From Candidatus Melainabacteria bacterium 17Bon1m (lineage in GTDB: Bacteria > Cyanobacteriota > Vampirovibrionia > Obscuribacterales > Obscuribacteraceae), in the NCBI GenBank assembly GCA_032128875.1, contig JAVLKG010000014.1, forward strand, positions 1 through 64,000: a DNA stretch of 64,000 nt, read 5' to 3'. Below are positions 49,853 through 60,692 of this stretch, piece after piece (position 1 is the first letter of the stretch; every line of letters starts with the position of its first letter). The notes below the pieces were generated by a model, which was given only the letters and a program-made list of their open reading frames with translations, was not told the DNA's origin and made no database searches. A program made the position numbers and the translations under genes.

Positions 49853-50725
49853 TTACAGCTCGTCAGTATTCTTAGGAGTTCTAGTAAGCCTCATCGAGAG
49901 CCGTCGCACTTCGCCTTCGGCGGCTTTCTTCACGAGGCGCCAATATTTCTCCGGCATTGTTCGTTTCAATCGCCACAATACGCGCGCTTTGCGCGGAAGC
50001 ATTATGTATAAATTGCCGTTCGCCATTAGTTTGAGAGTTTCGTAGGCTACTTCCTCTGGCGATATGCGGGATTCGTCCACCAACATGCATGAGTATTGTT
50101 TGTCGCTATCGGCTCCTATTGTTTCTTTACCAATGTTTGTCCGGACATACGATGGCGCCAAAATTGAAACAACAATGTTGCGGTCGGCAAGCTCACCGCG
50201 AATGCATTCGCTCAACGCGACAACTGCAGCTTTTGATGCGCTGTATGCGGACATGCGAGGCGCAGTGAGGAAGGCTGCCGCGCTGGCAACGTTGAGTATG
50301 TGACCATAGTTTTGTTTTTTCATGATGGGGACAAACAAATGGCATCCGTTCGCGACGCCCATCAAGTTTGTCTCTATCGTTTTGCGGAACTGTTCAATTG
50401 AGACTTCATCGAATAGTCCACCGCATCCGATGCCCGCATTGTTGATACCAATGTCGATACCACCGTATCGGTTTGCGAAATCGTTGACTGCCTTTTCAAA
50501 CTCTTTGTGGTTTGCAACGTCGAACACGTATGACACCGGCGACCCGCCAATTGCTCTTAATGCCGTGGCTGCCGCGTCAAGGGCTGGTTCGTTGATGTCC
50601 GTTATTCCAACAGTCCAGCCGTCTGCTGAAAGCGCCCGAGCGAAGGCGAGTCCGAGCCCGCTGCCTGCACCCGTGATGAATGCGCGCTTCTTCTGGTATG
50701 TGTCTGTGAGATGGAATCGACTCAA
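49853..50725 (-). CDS. SDR family oxidoreductase
   Basis: TGAGSGLG, NNAGIG, YSASK; TTG start. Confidence 0.92.
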   Translation of the reverse strand: MSRFHLTDTYQKKRAFITGAGSGLGLAFARALSADGWTVGITDINEPALDAAATALRAIGGSPVSYVFDVANHKEFEKAVNDFANRYGGIDIGINNAGIGCGGLFDEVSIEQFRKTIETNLMGVANGCHLFVPIMKKQNYGHILNVASAAAFLTAPRMSAYSASKAAVVALSECIRGELADRNIVVSILAPSYVRTNIGKETIGADSDKQYSCMLVDESRISPEEVAYETLKLMANGNLYIMLPRKARVLWRLKRTMPEKYWRLVKKAAEGEVRRLSMRLTRTPKNTDEL

Positions 50726-50927
50726 GGGGGATAGTATCCAGTCTGTGCGATAGGGGCGGCATTAGTAGCGCCTGCCGGTGATCCAGTTTATAGACTTACA
50801 TTATAGCCCTGAAAGCTTCGCTGCTTGACCTCCCCGTCCGTCGTAAAAGAGTGCGCACGGCGCCTTCGGGCTTCTGCTCAGAAGTCAGCCTCGCGCTTTG
50901 GTCACTCTTTTAGTATCATCTGACACC

Positions 50928-52073
50928 ATGGCTGATTCAAATCCGACGTTCATTCCAGGTCTTGAGCTTTGCGAGGGCTTTTATCGCGAGGCTGTCGACC
51001 CGATATTACACAATCATTTTCGCGACGTAGAATATTCGGCGGCGCTGATTGGCAGCGGTTCGGAAGTGCTTGGGTTTGATACCGAAATGTCGAGCGACCA
51101 CCATTGGGGACCGCGAGTCATGCTGTTTCTCAAGCCAGATGATGTCTCTGCGTACAGAGATGCAATATCTGCCAAGCTCAGCGAACAATTGCCGCGCGTT
51201 TTTCGTGGATATCCGACCAGTTTTTCCAAGCCTGATGCAGAAAATCAGGGTGTCCAGTTGCTCGATTACAGCGAGACAGGGCTGATTAATCACAGGGTCG
51301 AGGTTATGTCCCCCGAGCGCTTCTTTGATGATTATCTTGGATTCGACATCACAACTGAGCTTACTGCGGCGGATTGGCTCTCCTTTCCCGGGCAGAAACT
51401 GCGCACCATCATTGGCGGTAAGGTCTTTCACGATGGTATTGGTTTGGACGAAACACGCAAACGTTTTTCATATTATCCGGAAGACGTTTGGCTTTATCTA
51501 TTGGCATGCGGCTGGTCGCGCGTTGAGCAAGAAGAGCATCTGATGGGTCGCGCCGGTTATGTTGGTGATGAAATCGGTGCTGGAATAATCGCCGCGCGTT
51601 TGGTGCGGGATTTGATGAATCTCTGCTTCTTGATGGAGAAGGTGTATGCGCCGTATCCGAAATGGTTCGGCACCGCATTCAAGATGCTGAAATCTGCAAG
51701 TGTTTTGGAGCCGATGCTTCTTAAGGTCTTGTCCTCATCTAATTGGCAAGAACGGCAGAAGGCCCTAATTCCCGCGTATGAATATGTGGCAGTGATGCAC
51801 AATATACTGGACATCGCGGAGCAGCTACCCGCGAAGGTGCGAGATTTTCATGGACGTCCGTTTATGGTCATAAGCACTGGTGATTTTTCAAAAGCAATTT
51901 GCAATCGAATTGGATCAAGTGAAACTGCGGATCCGCTGATTAAGAAGCTTTTGAAGGAGCCACTAATTGGCAGCGTGGAACAGTTTAGCGATAATACTGA
52001 TATTCTTTCGAATGCGTCATGGCGAACCGCGATAAAAGATTTGTATGGCGTTTGCCCAATTGCCGACGAATAA
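50928..52073 (+). CDS. DUF4037-type nucleotidyltransferase-like protein
   Basis: GSGSEVLGFDTEMSSDHHWGPR, YYPEDVW, YAPYPKWFG. Confidence 0.8.
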   Translation: MADSNPTFIPGLELCEGFYREAVDPILHNHFRDVEYSAALIGSGSEVLGFDTEMSSDHHWGPRVMLFLKPDDVSAYRDAISAKLSEQLPRVFRGYPTSFSKPDAENQGVQLLDYSETGLINHRVEVMSPERFFDDYLGFDITTELTAADWLSFPGQKLRTIIGGKVFHDGIGLDETRKRFSYYPEDVWLYLLACGWSRVEQEEHLMGRAGYVGDEIGAGIIAARLVRDLMNLCFLMEKVYAPYPKWFGTAFKMLKSASVLEPMLLKVLSSSNWQERQKALIPAYEYVAVMHNILDIAEQLPAKVRDFHGRPFMVISTGDFSKAICNRIGSSETADPLIKKLLKEPLIGSVEQFSDNTDILSNASWRTAIKDLYGVCPIADE

Positions 52074-52142
52074 GGAGATGGATCGCCTTTGAGGTATAAC
52101 AAAAGAGTAGTATTGCTTTAGGCATCAGCAAGGATGTTCGTT

Positions 52143-52757
52143 ATGAAAACTAGTTGGGGCGACTCTGTTTTCTGTTTGGCAAGCTTGATTTCGGTTTTTC
52201 TTTTGTCTGTCACCGCATCTGGTGCGCTCGCGCAAAGCTACCAAAATTGGTATCCGCGCAGTATTAGTCCACAAAATGGATATCAGTATCCCTGCGCACT
52301 GACTGCTTTGCCTGACAATTTGACCGGCATTCCCGCTGCCGATAAGCAATTCATCAATCATGTGTATAGCCAGATTCTCAAAGCATTGCAAGCGAAAATG
52401 GTAATGCTGTCCGCGCTCAATGGCTCAAGTGGTTTTTCTTCGGCTTATTCGACATATTACGGACAAATAGCAGCGCTGCGCGCAAAGATTTTGGCAGAGC
52501 CGACTCCCGGTGGCTTAGAGACATTCAAAGCGCAAATAGTTAGCGCAATAGACAATCAGTGCAGCTTTTTCGACAAGGCGCAAAAAATGCGACAGCAAGG
52601 TAAGTCTTTTGACGAAGTCATGCAAGTGCCTGAAGGCAAAACCGCATCACAAATGTTGATGGCTGCATGGAACGAAATGTCAAAGCGGTATCCATCTTGG
52701 AGCCCGGAAGTCAAAGATAGTATTTATCATCACTTGTGTGCCCTGGATCTGTTCTAA
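52143..52757 (+). CDS. Secreted hypothetical protein
   Basis: Signal peptide ending ALA; YPCALT and terminal HHLCALDLF. Confidence 0.75.
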   Translation: MKTSWGDSVFCLASLISVFLLSVTASGALAQSYQNWYPRSISPQNGYQYPCALTALPDNLTGIPAADKQFINHVYSQILKALQAKMVMLSALNGSSGFSSAYSTYYGQIAALRAKILAEPTPGGLETFKAQIVSAIDNQCSFFDKAQKMRQQGKSFDEVMQVPEGKTASQMLMAAWNEMSKRYPSWSPEVKDSIYHHLCALDLF

Positions 52758-52788
52758 TATTGAAGACCGATCGCAGTTACCGGATTCA

Positions 52789-53901
52789 ATGAACTGGCAA
52801 AAAACATTTACCAAGGTAAGCACGATATTCGTGACTGGGATATTTCTGTGTCCCGCCGTTTGTGCCGCGGGAGACCGTGAAGGTTGGCGACACTTCAAAG
52901 ATGAAGGAAGCAAGTTTGAAGTCTTTGGAGATTTCGCCGGCGCCGAACGCGCCTACGCTAAGTCACTGAAATTAGTCGATGCCTCTAAGGCTTCAACCGC
53001 CGAACGGGGCGAGGTTATGGCTCGTCTGGCCAACGTGATGCTGTGGCAGCAGAAATTCAAACAAGCTGAGCCCTATTACAATGAGTTGTTAAAATTAATT
53101 CCGCAGTTGAAATCCGAGGGCAAGAAAAACGAGGATTTTTTCACCTGCGTCGATTCTCTATCCAATGCGTATTATGAACGCAGTCAGGGCGTCAATCGTA
53201 TTCCTGGTATACAGCACTCGGTCAGAATTATTGATACCGCATTTGGTGACATACATCCTGAGCTTCCGCGCGAATTAGTTGCGCTTGCATACACGTATTC
53301 TGCATTGGGGATGAATCAAGAAGCACTAACTTTTGCAAATCGAGCGCTGTCGATCGCAAAGCGTGAAACGAGCGAGAAAGGGCAAATTCAGCTGTGGAAA
53401 ACTTTGGCACTCGTCGGTAATTGCCGCAAGTCCGTAGGTGATTGGGAAGGCGCTCGGCAAGCGTTTGAGCAAGCCGTCTTTTTGATGAACAAGAGTTTGA
53501 AACGCTTTTCGTTGACAGCCGCGGCGGCGAAGGCGCAACTCGCAATTGTCTACCTCCATATGCAAAAGAAAGAGGAGAGCAAGAAGCTCTTTAAAGAGGC
53601 TGAGGCTTTGTTTGCCTCCAAGCTGTATGAGATGGATAAGAAGGGTCTGCGCGACATCGGAACTGCTGGTCCCGAATTGCTGGCCTTAGCACAAATGTAT
53701 GTGGCGTTCAGCCAGTACTCGAAAGCCGAGCCTATTTGCAGGCGCTCACTTATGCTGACGAAGGTGACCTTCGGGGACAAAGATCCCTTCTTGATCAACG
53801 AGTTGAGGGTGCACGGTTTTGTGTTGTCGCGCTTAGGTCGGATGAAAGAATCGCAAGGGCAGGAAGCCCAAGCTCAAGCCCTTGCAAGTCTGTACAAATG
53901 A
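52789..53901 (+). CDS. Secreted TPR protein
   Basis: Signal-like N-terminus; several TPR units. Confidence 0.8.
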   Translation: MNWQKTFTKVSTIFVTGIFLCPAVCAAGDREGWRHFKDEGSKFEVFGDFAGAERAYAKSLKLVDASKASTAERGEVMARLANVMLWQQKFKQAEPYYNELLKLIPQLKSEGKKNEDFFTCVDSLSNAYYERSQGVNRIPGIQHSVRIIDTAFGDIHPELPRELVALAYTYSALGMNQEALTFANRALSIAKRETSEKGQIQLWKTLALVGNCRKSVGDWEGARQAFEQAVFLMNKSLKRFSLTAAAAKAQLAIVYLHMQKKEESKKLFKEAEALFASKLYEMDKKGLRDIGTAGPELLALAQMYVAFSQYSKAEPICRRSLMLTKVTFGDKDPFLINELRVHGFVLSRLGRMKESQGQEAQAQALASLYK

Positions 53902-53928
53902 ATTCGACCAAGCATTGAAATCGCGCAG

Positions 53929-54609
53929 TTAGTCTTCGCGTGATTCCAGTTTGTAGCCGATACCGTGAACTGTTTTGATGATCGACGCTTTCTCTTCGAC
54001 GTCCAGTTTTTTGCGCAAACGCGTGATGTATGTTCTCACTGCCGTTGCTGTGGCCTCGGAGTCGGATTTCCAAACGTGATTGAGAATGTCGTCCGTGCTA
54101 AAAACGCGATCCGGGTGTCTCATGAAAAATTCGAGCAGCGCGTATTCGGTAGGAAGCAATTTTAATTCTTCGCCGTCGCGTGTCACTTGGCAGGTGGCTG
54201 GATCTAAAGTGATGTTTCTGACCGCCAAAACCGAGGCGCGGGGTGAATGCGAACGGCGCAGCAAAGCTCGAAGGCGCGCTGATAGTTCGCGCATGTCAAA
54301 AGGTTTTGTCAAATAATCATCGGCGCCGGCGTCCAACCCTTCTTCTTTCTCGCCAACCGAGCGTTTGCCCGTTAAGATCAAAACGGGCGTGGTGCCGCCG
54401 TCTGCGCGGAACCGCGAGAGAATTTCCACGCCGCTCTTGCCGGGCAAGCCCCAATCCAGCACGACAATGTCGTACTGATAAAGCTTCATCAAATCAAGAG
54501 CTTCCTCGCCTGTGTGCGCTTCTTCGACCGTATAGAGCTCATGCTCAAGCCAGTCTCTGACCATGTCACAGGTGACGAGATCATCTTCAACGAGCAAAAC
54601 TTTCGACAT
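53929..54609 (-). CDS. OmpR-family response regulator
   Basis: LLVEDD, LDWGLP, GADDYLTKPF, KTVHGIGY. Confidence 0.95.
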   Translation of the reverse strand: MSKVLLVEDDLVTCDMVRDWLEHELYTVEEAHTGEEALDLMKLYQYDIVVLDWGLPGKSGVEILSRFRADGGTTPVLILTGKRSVGEKEEGLDAGADDYLTKPFDMRELSARLRALLRRSHSPRASVLAVRNITLDPATCQVTRDGEELKLLPTEYALLEFFMRHPDRVFSTDDILNHVWKSDSEATATAVRTYITRLRKKLDVEEKASIIKTVHGIGYKLESRED

Positions 54610-54658
54610 AGATTCCAGTTTCTTTCGTGCAGGTGCTGTCCGAAACAGCTAATAGATT

Positions 54659-56479
54659 CTACGTTGTTTTTTCCGGTTTCTGTGCACCCGGGATACGAAA
54701 CCAGAAAGTACTTCCTTCCCCTACTTGACTTTTTACCCCGACGGAGCCGTTGTGCTGCTCCAAAATTGCTTTGCAGATTGCCAGCCCCAGACCGGTTCCG
54801 CCCTTCACCCCAGTTTTGCTGGGCGCCACCTGGCGAAATCGATCGAATATGTGTGCGATATCCGCTTCGGCGATGCCGGCTCCGCGGTCGGTCACATTTA
54901 CTTTCACATAACCCGGCTCCAGCTCGGTTGTGACGTTTACGGTGCCGCCCTTGGGCGAGAATTTAATGGCGTTGGCGAGAAGATTTTGCAAAACCTGAAC
55001 CATTCGGTCGATGTCGGCAAGAACGTCCGCCTCGACAATTTCGCCAATCTCGATTTGAACCTTTTGCTCGTCGGCAAATCCCTTGACCATGTCGATCGAC
55101 TGGTCGACCAGGTATTTGAGATTGTACGTTCCGAAACGCATCTCCATGTGCCCCGCTTCCATCTTCTCGACGTCGAGCAGGTCGTTGACCAGGTTGACAA
55201 GGCGCCCGAGGCTTGATTGGATGCGAGTCGAGGCATTCGCTCCTTTCTTGTTCAGTTCGCCGTAGACTCCGGCATTGAGCGAGTCGAGAAAGGCTCGCAT
55301 GCCTGTAAGTGGCGTTCGCAAGTCGTGGCTGACCATGTTGACAAAGTCTGCTTTCATTTGGTCAAGCTCTTTGCGGTCGCTAATATCGTGCGCCACGCAG
55401 TAATAAGACTCGTCCGGGGGTGACCAGTAAATCGACCAGAGCATCCAGCCTTCGCTCAAATCATTGCGCACCATGCGGATATCGACTGATATTGCTGTTT
55501 CTTTCTGCTGTTTCGCCTCGCTCAAAACGCGCTGAAGCCGCTCTTTGTCTGCGTCAGCAACAAAGTCTGAGAAAGGACGGCTAATCAAATCGATTGGATC
55601 GTATCCCCAATTTTGCTTTGCCGCAGGGCTCATTTGCTTGAAGACAGCATCTTCCGACAGCGAGCAGATAACGTCTTTGGCATTGTCGACAATGGCGCGT
55701 TCGCGTTGGGAAGCTACTGCCAGTGTGATTGCCATTTTGTGAAAAACAGTGTCGAGCTGCGCTATTTCATCCGTGCCTTCGATTGGACGCCGCAGGGGGC
55801 GATGTTCTGCCAGTAATTGCGCGTTGCCGGAAATGGTCGCAAGCCTGTCGGTGATGTTTCGTCCGAAGTAAATTGCCAGTCCAAAAGTCAAAAGGATTTG
55901 CAAGATAAGTCCGACCAAAAGCCAGACTTGCACGGCCATTCTCAATTGCTGTGTTTTCTCCGGATGCATCTCCTGGTAATTCATTTCCTGGCGATGAATT
56001 GCGGCGGCGCTAGTGACAATGGCACGCAAATGGTCCGTGACCATCATTCTTGCTTCGTGCGTGAGAATATAATGCTCGCCGGACATCATGCGTTTTTTAT
56101 AGTGCAGAAGCGTGTCAACGGCTGTGTTTACCGCCTTTTCCATCTCGATGACGTTTTTCTCTTGGATGGAATTGCCTTTCACCATTTGCTTGAGCTCGTT
56201 GAGCTCGTGCGGAACTTCAGAAATCCCCTTCATCATTCGCTGCTCGAATGAGGGCGAGTGTGTAAACCCCCAGAGCGTGAAATTGGCCCCACCTTCCCAG
56301 ATCGTGCGCACCACGGACTGAGTTTGTCCGATAATCATCTTCGAGTAGAACATCTTCTGGGCTTCGGCTTCAGCCGATTGCTGCAAGAAGACCAGAATCG
56401 CCACGAAAATGGTTTCTGTTAATAGCGGCAACGCTACTATCAAAATCCCTTTTTGGCGCAGTTTGAGGTCTTGAAGCAT
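54659..56479 (-). CDS. Membrane sensor histidine kinase (2 TM, HAMP, PAS, HisKA, HATPase)
   Basis: DEIAQL HAMP, VSHDLRTPL, NLLANAIKFSP, DRGAGI, GTGLGL. Confidence 0.95.
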   Translation of the reverse strand: MLQDLKLRQKGILIVALPLLTETIFVAILVFLQQSAEAEAQKMFYSKMIIGQTQSVVRTIWEGGANFTLWGFTHSPSFEQRMMKGISEVPHELNELKQMVKGNSIQEKNVIEMEKAVNTAVDTLLHYKKRMMSGEHYILTHEARMMVTDHLRAIVTSAAAIHRQEMNYQEMHPEKTQQLRMAVQVWLLVGLILQILLTFGLAIYFGRNITDRLATISGNAQLLAEHRPLRRPIEGTDEIAQLDTVFHKMAITLAVASQRERAIVDNAKDVICSLSEDAVFKQMSPAAKQNWGYDPIDLISRPFSDFVADADKERLQRVLSEAKQQKETAISVDIRMVRNDLSEGWMLWSIYWSPPDESYYCVAHDISDRKELDQMKADFVNMVSHDLRTPLTGMRAFLDSLNAGVYGELNKKGANASTRIQSSLGRLVNLVNDLLDVEKMEAGHMEMRFGTYNLKYLVDQSIDMVKGFADEQKVQIEIGEIVEADVLADIDRMVQVLQNLLANAIKFSPKGGTVNVTTELEPGYVKVNVTDRGAGIAEADIAHIFDRFRQVAPSKTGVKGGTGLGLAICKAILEQHNGSVGVKSQVGEGSTFWFRIPGAQKPEKTT

Positions 56480-56681
56480 CTATCGCTTTCTATAAAGCCT
56501 TTTTCCAATACATACTGCTATACCCGCTCAATCTGTCGGCTCTTAATAAATTAGGCGCAATCGGTGATTTGCAGCATTTGCAGGGGAAATTTCCGCCAAA
56601 TTCCCTTGCAGTGTTTTACCGCTATAAAGAGAAGGTAGAAATATAACTGTTGGAGGCTTTCGGCGACCTGCCGATAAATAT

Positions 56682-58346
56682 ATGGCGTTCTCGCAAAAAC
56701 AGTTAGACGGACTTCTCTACATGGCTAGTCGCGCATTTGACAATGCCGACTATTTAGCTGCGCAGCGTCACTATGAAGACGCTTTGGACATGATGGAGCG
56801 CAACGGGCTGAGCGAGACCGAGCAGGCTCTGGCGTGTTTCAAAAATCTTGCTGCCATCTATTATTCCGACGGCAAATTAGACAAAGCGATTACCGCATAC
56901 AGCCGTCTGGTTGTCACATCCGAGCAATTGCTCGGCGAGGGCAACCGGGATGTGATCGCCAACATGTTCATTCTGGCGAAAGTCTGCGACGGTGCAGGTG
57001 CATCCGAAGATGCCGCCAACATCTACAACCGTGTGTTGAGACTTGCAGAACAGCACTTGCCGAAGGGCGATGTTTTGATCAAGCATATTCGCGAGGCTGC
57101 GGCGATCAGATCGGCACCGCAGAAGGAATTTAAGCAGAAGGTCACGGCGCTGGAATTGCCGAAGCCCGTCTTCAAAGAAACCATGGAGACGCTCGTTGGC
57201 GGCGGTGAGCCGGGCGGGCGCGAACACTATTTCAAGAAGAATCAGGTTGTCCTTTCTACGATAGGCTCCGTTCTGGTTGCAGCGATTGCTGCTGGTTGGT
57301 TTATGTGGATGACTGCCGGAACCTCTTTCCAGCCTCCTACTGCACCGGGTATCAATTCGGAATCATTCAAGGTTGAGGGACAAACATTCAGAACTGCTGA
57401 CGGCAAGATTACTTTGGCTATCGGTGAGAACTCGACAGGCGAACTCAAGACGCCTTTGGAAACCTTGCAATTCAAGTTCAAGACGATCGACTTTTCGCTC
57501 GAAGGTATTCAAACCTTGATTCTTGGCGCATTCTCGCGCAAGGAATTTTGGTTCGAGCAGACTCCGATGGGGCTGGTCGGTCCTGGTGATTTCCTTGTGC
57601 ACACCGATGAAGCGCCAGAGGTGAAGACAGTCGAGCAAATTCGCAAGCTTGGTGCCCACCTTGAAGAGATCAACGCGAAGAATGGTTCTTTCCCGTCCAA
57701 GCTCGAAAAATGGACAGGAGATCCTGCTGTGAAGCTGGTTAACGCAGCGACGAAGCAGGACATGATTCCTACATATCAGATCTTCTCGAAGTATCAAATC
57801 GTATTTGATGGTGTGTCAAATGTCGAAGATTTCAAAAAATCTATGGCTTTGGGCGAACATTGGAATAACGAACCGGAAGCCGGACCTGGCAGCGTAAACG
57901 CTTTTGCTATCGTCACTGATAAGAAAGTCGACGACGAGTCCTATCGTGTTTCGCATGTGTTCATGCAGGGCTTTGACAGAACCGGAAAGGTTATTCCTTC
58001 TGCTATTCCTGGTGTGAGTTATTACTATCTGGCGGTTCCGGCCAACCACGAGGAAGGTGGTGATGGAGCTGGTGATGCATATTACAAGAAGTTGGTTGCA
58101 TCTCTTAAAGGTGCCAACATCTATGTTGTAAGAGAAGCATCCTTGCTTTTCGGTTTGTTGCCGCTCAAGTACACCATGCCTATCATCTTTGGCTTCCTCA
58201 CTGGGATATCGCTGATTCTATGGGCCCTTGTCGATGCTGCAAAACGTTTGGAAAATCGCAAGATGCTGCCTACTCTTTTTGAAGTGATGACGGCTATCTT
58301 CTTACTCATTTGGCTCGCTTGGTTTGTCAATCGCGCGATTCCCTAG
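56682..58346 (+). CDS. TPR - TM - extracytoplasmic domain protein with C-terminal TMs
   Basis: N-terminal TPRs, central TM, domain similar to 34865-36445, two C-terminal TMs. Confidence 0.8.
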   Translation: MAFSQKQLDGLLYMASRAFDNADYLAAQRHYEDALDMMERNGLSETEQALACFKNLAAIYYSDGKLDKAITAYSRLVVTSEQLLGEGNRDVIANMFILAKVCDGAGASEDAANIYNRVLRLAEQHLPKGDVLIKHIREAAAIRSAPQKEFKQKVTALELPKPVFKETMETLVGGGEPGGREHYFKKNQVVLSTIGSVLVAAIAAGWFMWMTAGTSFQPPTAPGINSESFKVEGQTFRTADGKITLAIGENSTGELKTPLETLQFKFKTIDFSLEGIQTLILGAFSRKEFWFEQTPMGLVGPGDFLVHTDEAPEVKTVEQIRKLGAHLEEINAKNGSFPSKLEKWTGDPAVKLVNAATKQDMIPTYQIFSKYQIVFDGVSNVEDFKKSMALGEHWNNEPEAGPGSVNAFAIVTDKKVDDESYRVSHVFMQGFDRTGKVIPSAIPGVSYYYLAVPANHEEGGDGAGDAYYKKLVASLKGANIYVVREASLLFGLLPLKYTMPIIFGFLTGISLILWALVDAAKRLENRKMLPTLFEVMTAIFLLIWLAWFVNRAIP

Positions 58347-58363
58347 GAGGCGCCGCATTTTAC

Positions 58364-58987
58364 ATGCCGGACTCTGATGGCAGCGAATCTTCCAATTCTT
58401 CCAGCCCTTCTAACAGTTTCTACCGGAAGCTGCATAGCCACCAGCCTGCAGATGAGCGCGATCGCTGGCGGCGTGCTCTCTATTTTTCGACAGCGGTGGG
58501 AATCCGTTGTTTGGATTTGTTGTCCGACTACATGCGCTACTGCCTGCGGCCCAATCGAATGGGAGAGAAGCCGGATTATCCTGTCACAGAGAATTCGGCG
58601 GAAGTTCACCACGAGGCTGTCAAAGAGCTGCTGGGGCTGAGCATCTGGCTGACTATGGTCGATCAGTTAGAGGGCGAAGTGCCATATTGGTTGCGAGAGT
58701 TTTTCATCGATTGTTGGTCGGCTGCGGACAAACTGTATCCTGATCCATCCAGCCAAGAAATTATGACCCTGTACGAAAATCAGCTTGGCGTGGACAAAGT
58801 CTGCGAGGCCGTTTCTTCCCGTTTGTGCTACAAGCTGGAGCTGGAAGACACCAAGGGTGATGCCTGCATAAAACTTGGGGAAATGCTGCGCGACAATGGA
58901 AAGACGCGTGCGGACCTGCTGTTTTATGCGCTGTCTGCGGACCACGAAGCGCTCGATAAATCAATCGACCAACTGAAAGACTACTAA
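58364..58987 (+). CDS. Hypothetical protein
   Basis: Follows 56682-58346 closely; AGGAGG upstream. Confidence 0.7.
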   Translation: MPDSDGSESSNSSSPSNSFYRKLHSHQPADERDRWRRALYFSTAVGIRCLDLLSDYMRYCLRPNRMGEKPDYPVTENSAEVHHEAVKELLGLSIWLTMVDQLEGEVPYWLREFFIDCWSAADKLYPDPSSQEIMTLYENQLGVDKVCEAVSSRLCYKLELEDTKGDACIKLGEMLRDNGKTRADLLFYALSADHEALDKSIDQLKDY

Positions 58988-58997
58988 TTCGAAGAGC

Positions 58998-59022
58998 GTG
59001 AGAACGCGTTGCACGCGCTCAC
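58998..59022. repeat. Degenerate GTGG-type REP hairpin
   Basis: gtgagaacgcgttgcacgcgctcac keeps the cgcgttgcacgcg core. Confidence 0.55.
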
Positions 59023-59085
59023 GTCTCCATGCTATCTCTCACGGCTGTTGTTGAAGAAGATAGGCTAGACGCGTAATCTCACCTG

Positions 59086-60366
59086 TTAGGCATCGCGCGT
59101 GTCGCGCACTCGTGCAATGAGTTCTTTCTTGTTGTGTCGATTGAGGAAGTTCCAGACAGCATCAGTTGCATTGAATTTCGAGGCCGGAGTCGAGCTGTTG
59201 AATGCTCCCGGCCAATCGTGATTTCCATCTTTGATGTTGTAGAAGGTGACTTCTCTGCCGCTTTCAGTGTCAACGGCGCTATAGGTTTGAATCGGTTCGC
59301 CTGATGATTTGGTGAGCGTCGGCTTCAAATCGTTTGCGTCAGCCCAGACTTCGAATGCTTTCACGGCAGAAATGACGCGAGGCGCTACGCACAAGTCTAG
59401 AAGCACACCGCCTGATGCGGGAATAACATCGTCGCTGCTGCCGTGAATCAGCAAGGCGTTCATGTCACCGGTTGGCTTGTCTTGCTTCCTCAACATGCCG
59501 CCGCTAACACTGGCGACTGCCGCAACTCTGTCGTTGAGTTTTGCTGCGGCTTCTTGTGCCATCATGCCGCCGTTGGAGAATCCGACTAGATAGATGCGGT
59601 TTTGATCGATGTTTAGTTTGTCTGGAATTACGTCTGTGAGCTGTCTGATGAAATCCACATCGTCAGAGCGGTAGAGATGATCCTTGCCGACATTCCACCA
59701 GCGCAAGTGATCACCAACCCAGCCGGTTGCGTTGGGAAAAACAGCTATAAATCCTTCTTGGTCTGCCTTTTTCTTAAACTCGGATGTTTGTGCAATTTTG
59801 TCTTTGTCTTGCATAAAGCCGTGCATCATCACGACCATTGGCAAAGGTTTGGTGGCATCGTAGTTAGGCGGTACGTGCACTGTAACGTCACGCTTCCGTC
59901 CTTGAAGTTCTAGCTCATAAGTCGTGTCACCTTTTGCATCTTTGATCTTGTCGCTGAATGCATGCATGTTTTCGACATACTTATTTATGTCTTTGACCGA
60001 AACTCCGTTGTTTTCGAAAAACCACTCATCGTTGGAAGACTGCATCAGCGATTTGTAGCGCTCGCTTAGGAAGTTCGCGAATAGATGGGGATCGGCGCCT
60101 TCGACTTTGTGCGGTGTCTTGTCGGCTTTTGCTATCTCTTTCTTGTCGATAAACCCGTCGTGGTTGATATCGAAGTGCCCGAAAAGCTCGGCAATTTTTT
60201 CGAGCTCGTTGCCCTTTGCTGCCTCGCTTAGGAAGCGACTATTGTCTTTCTGGCTGGACGGCGACGTAAGACGAAACTCTTGAAGGTTGTCGCCTTCTGC
60301 GTGTTGAGCGCCATGCTGCAATGCTGCCGCTTCGGCAGTTTTGTACTGTCGTTCGACTGTCGCCAT
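59086..60366 (-). CDS. PHB depolymerase/LpqC-like esterase with N-terminal EF-hand-like motif
   Basis: DINHDGFIDKKEI; MMHGF, GFSNGG, IHGSSDDVIP, GNHDWPG. Confidence 0.85.
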   Translation of the reverse strand: MATVERQYKTAEAAALQHGAQHAEGDNLQEFRLTSPSSQKDNSRFLSEAAKGNELEKIAELFGHFDINHDGFIDKKEIAKADKTPHKVEGADPHLFANFLSERYKSLMQSSNDEWFFENNGVSVKDINKYVENMHAFSDKIKDAKGDTTYELELQGRKRDVTVHVPPNYDATKPLPMVVMMHGFMQDKDKIAQTSEFKKKADQEGFIAVFPNATGWVGDHLRWWNVGKDHLYRSDDVDFIRQLTDVIPDKLNIDQNRIYLVGFSNGGMMAQEAAAKLNDRVAAVASVSGGMLRKQDKPTGDMNALLIHGSSDDVIPASGGVLLDLCVAPRVISAVKAFEVWADANDLKPTLTKSSGEPIQTYSAVDTESGREVTFYNIKDGNHDWPGAFNSSTPASKFNATDAVWNFLNRHNKKELIARVRDTRDA

Positions 60367-60692
60367 ATTGAAGTAGTACTAAGACCGCGTTTTGGAGGAT
60401 GAATGTCTATATACGCGTTGTCCCAAAATTGGACAGCTGTAATAGTGCCGAATGTTTAGGCAGCGTCTTCTTTGGTAGCAGGCAAGCGCTCTTGACGAGA
60501 ACTCGTCGAGTGGCTATCGAAAAAAAGATTGGATTAATTCCGTGGATTTCGTAATTCCCGCATTCAAAAGTCACGAAATTTCAACAAACTTTCTATTAAA
60601 TAGGCGCATGGCGAGATCGAACCACCCTGGGCGACCGGGCTCACACGATTTTAAGGCGGTAAAAATTGGGAATCTCCTCAACTGAAAACTTT

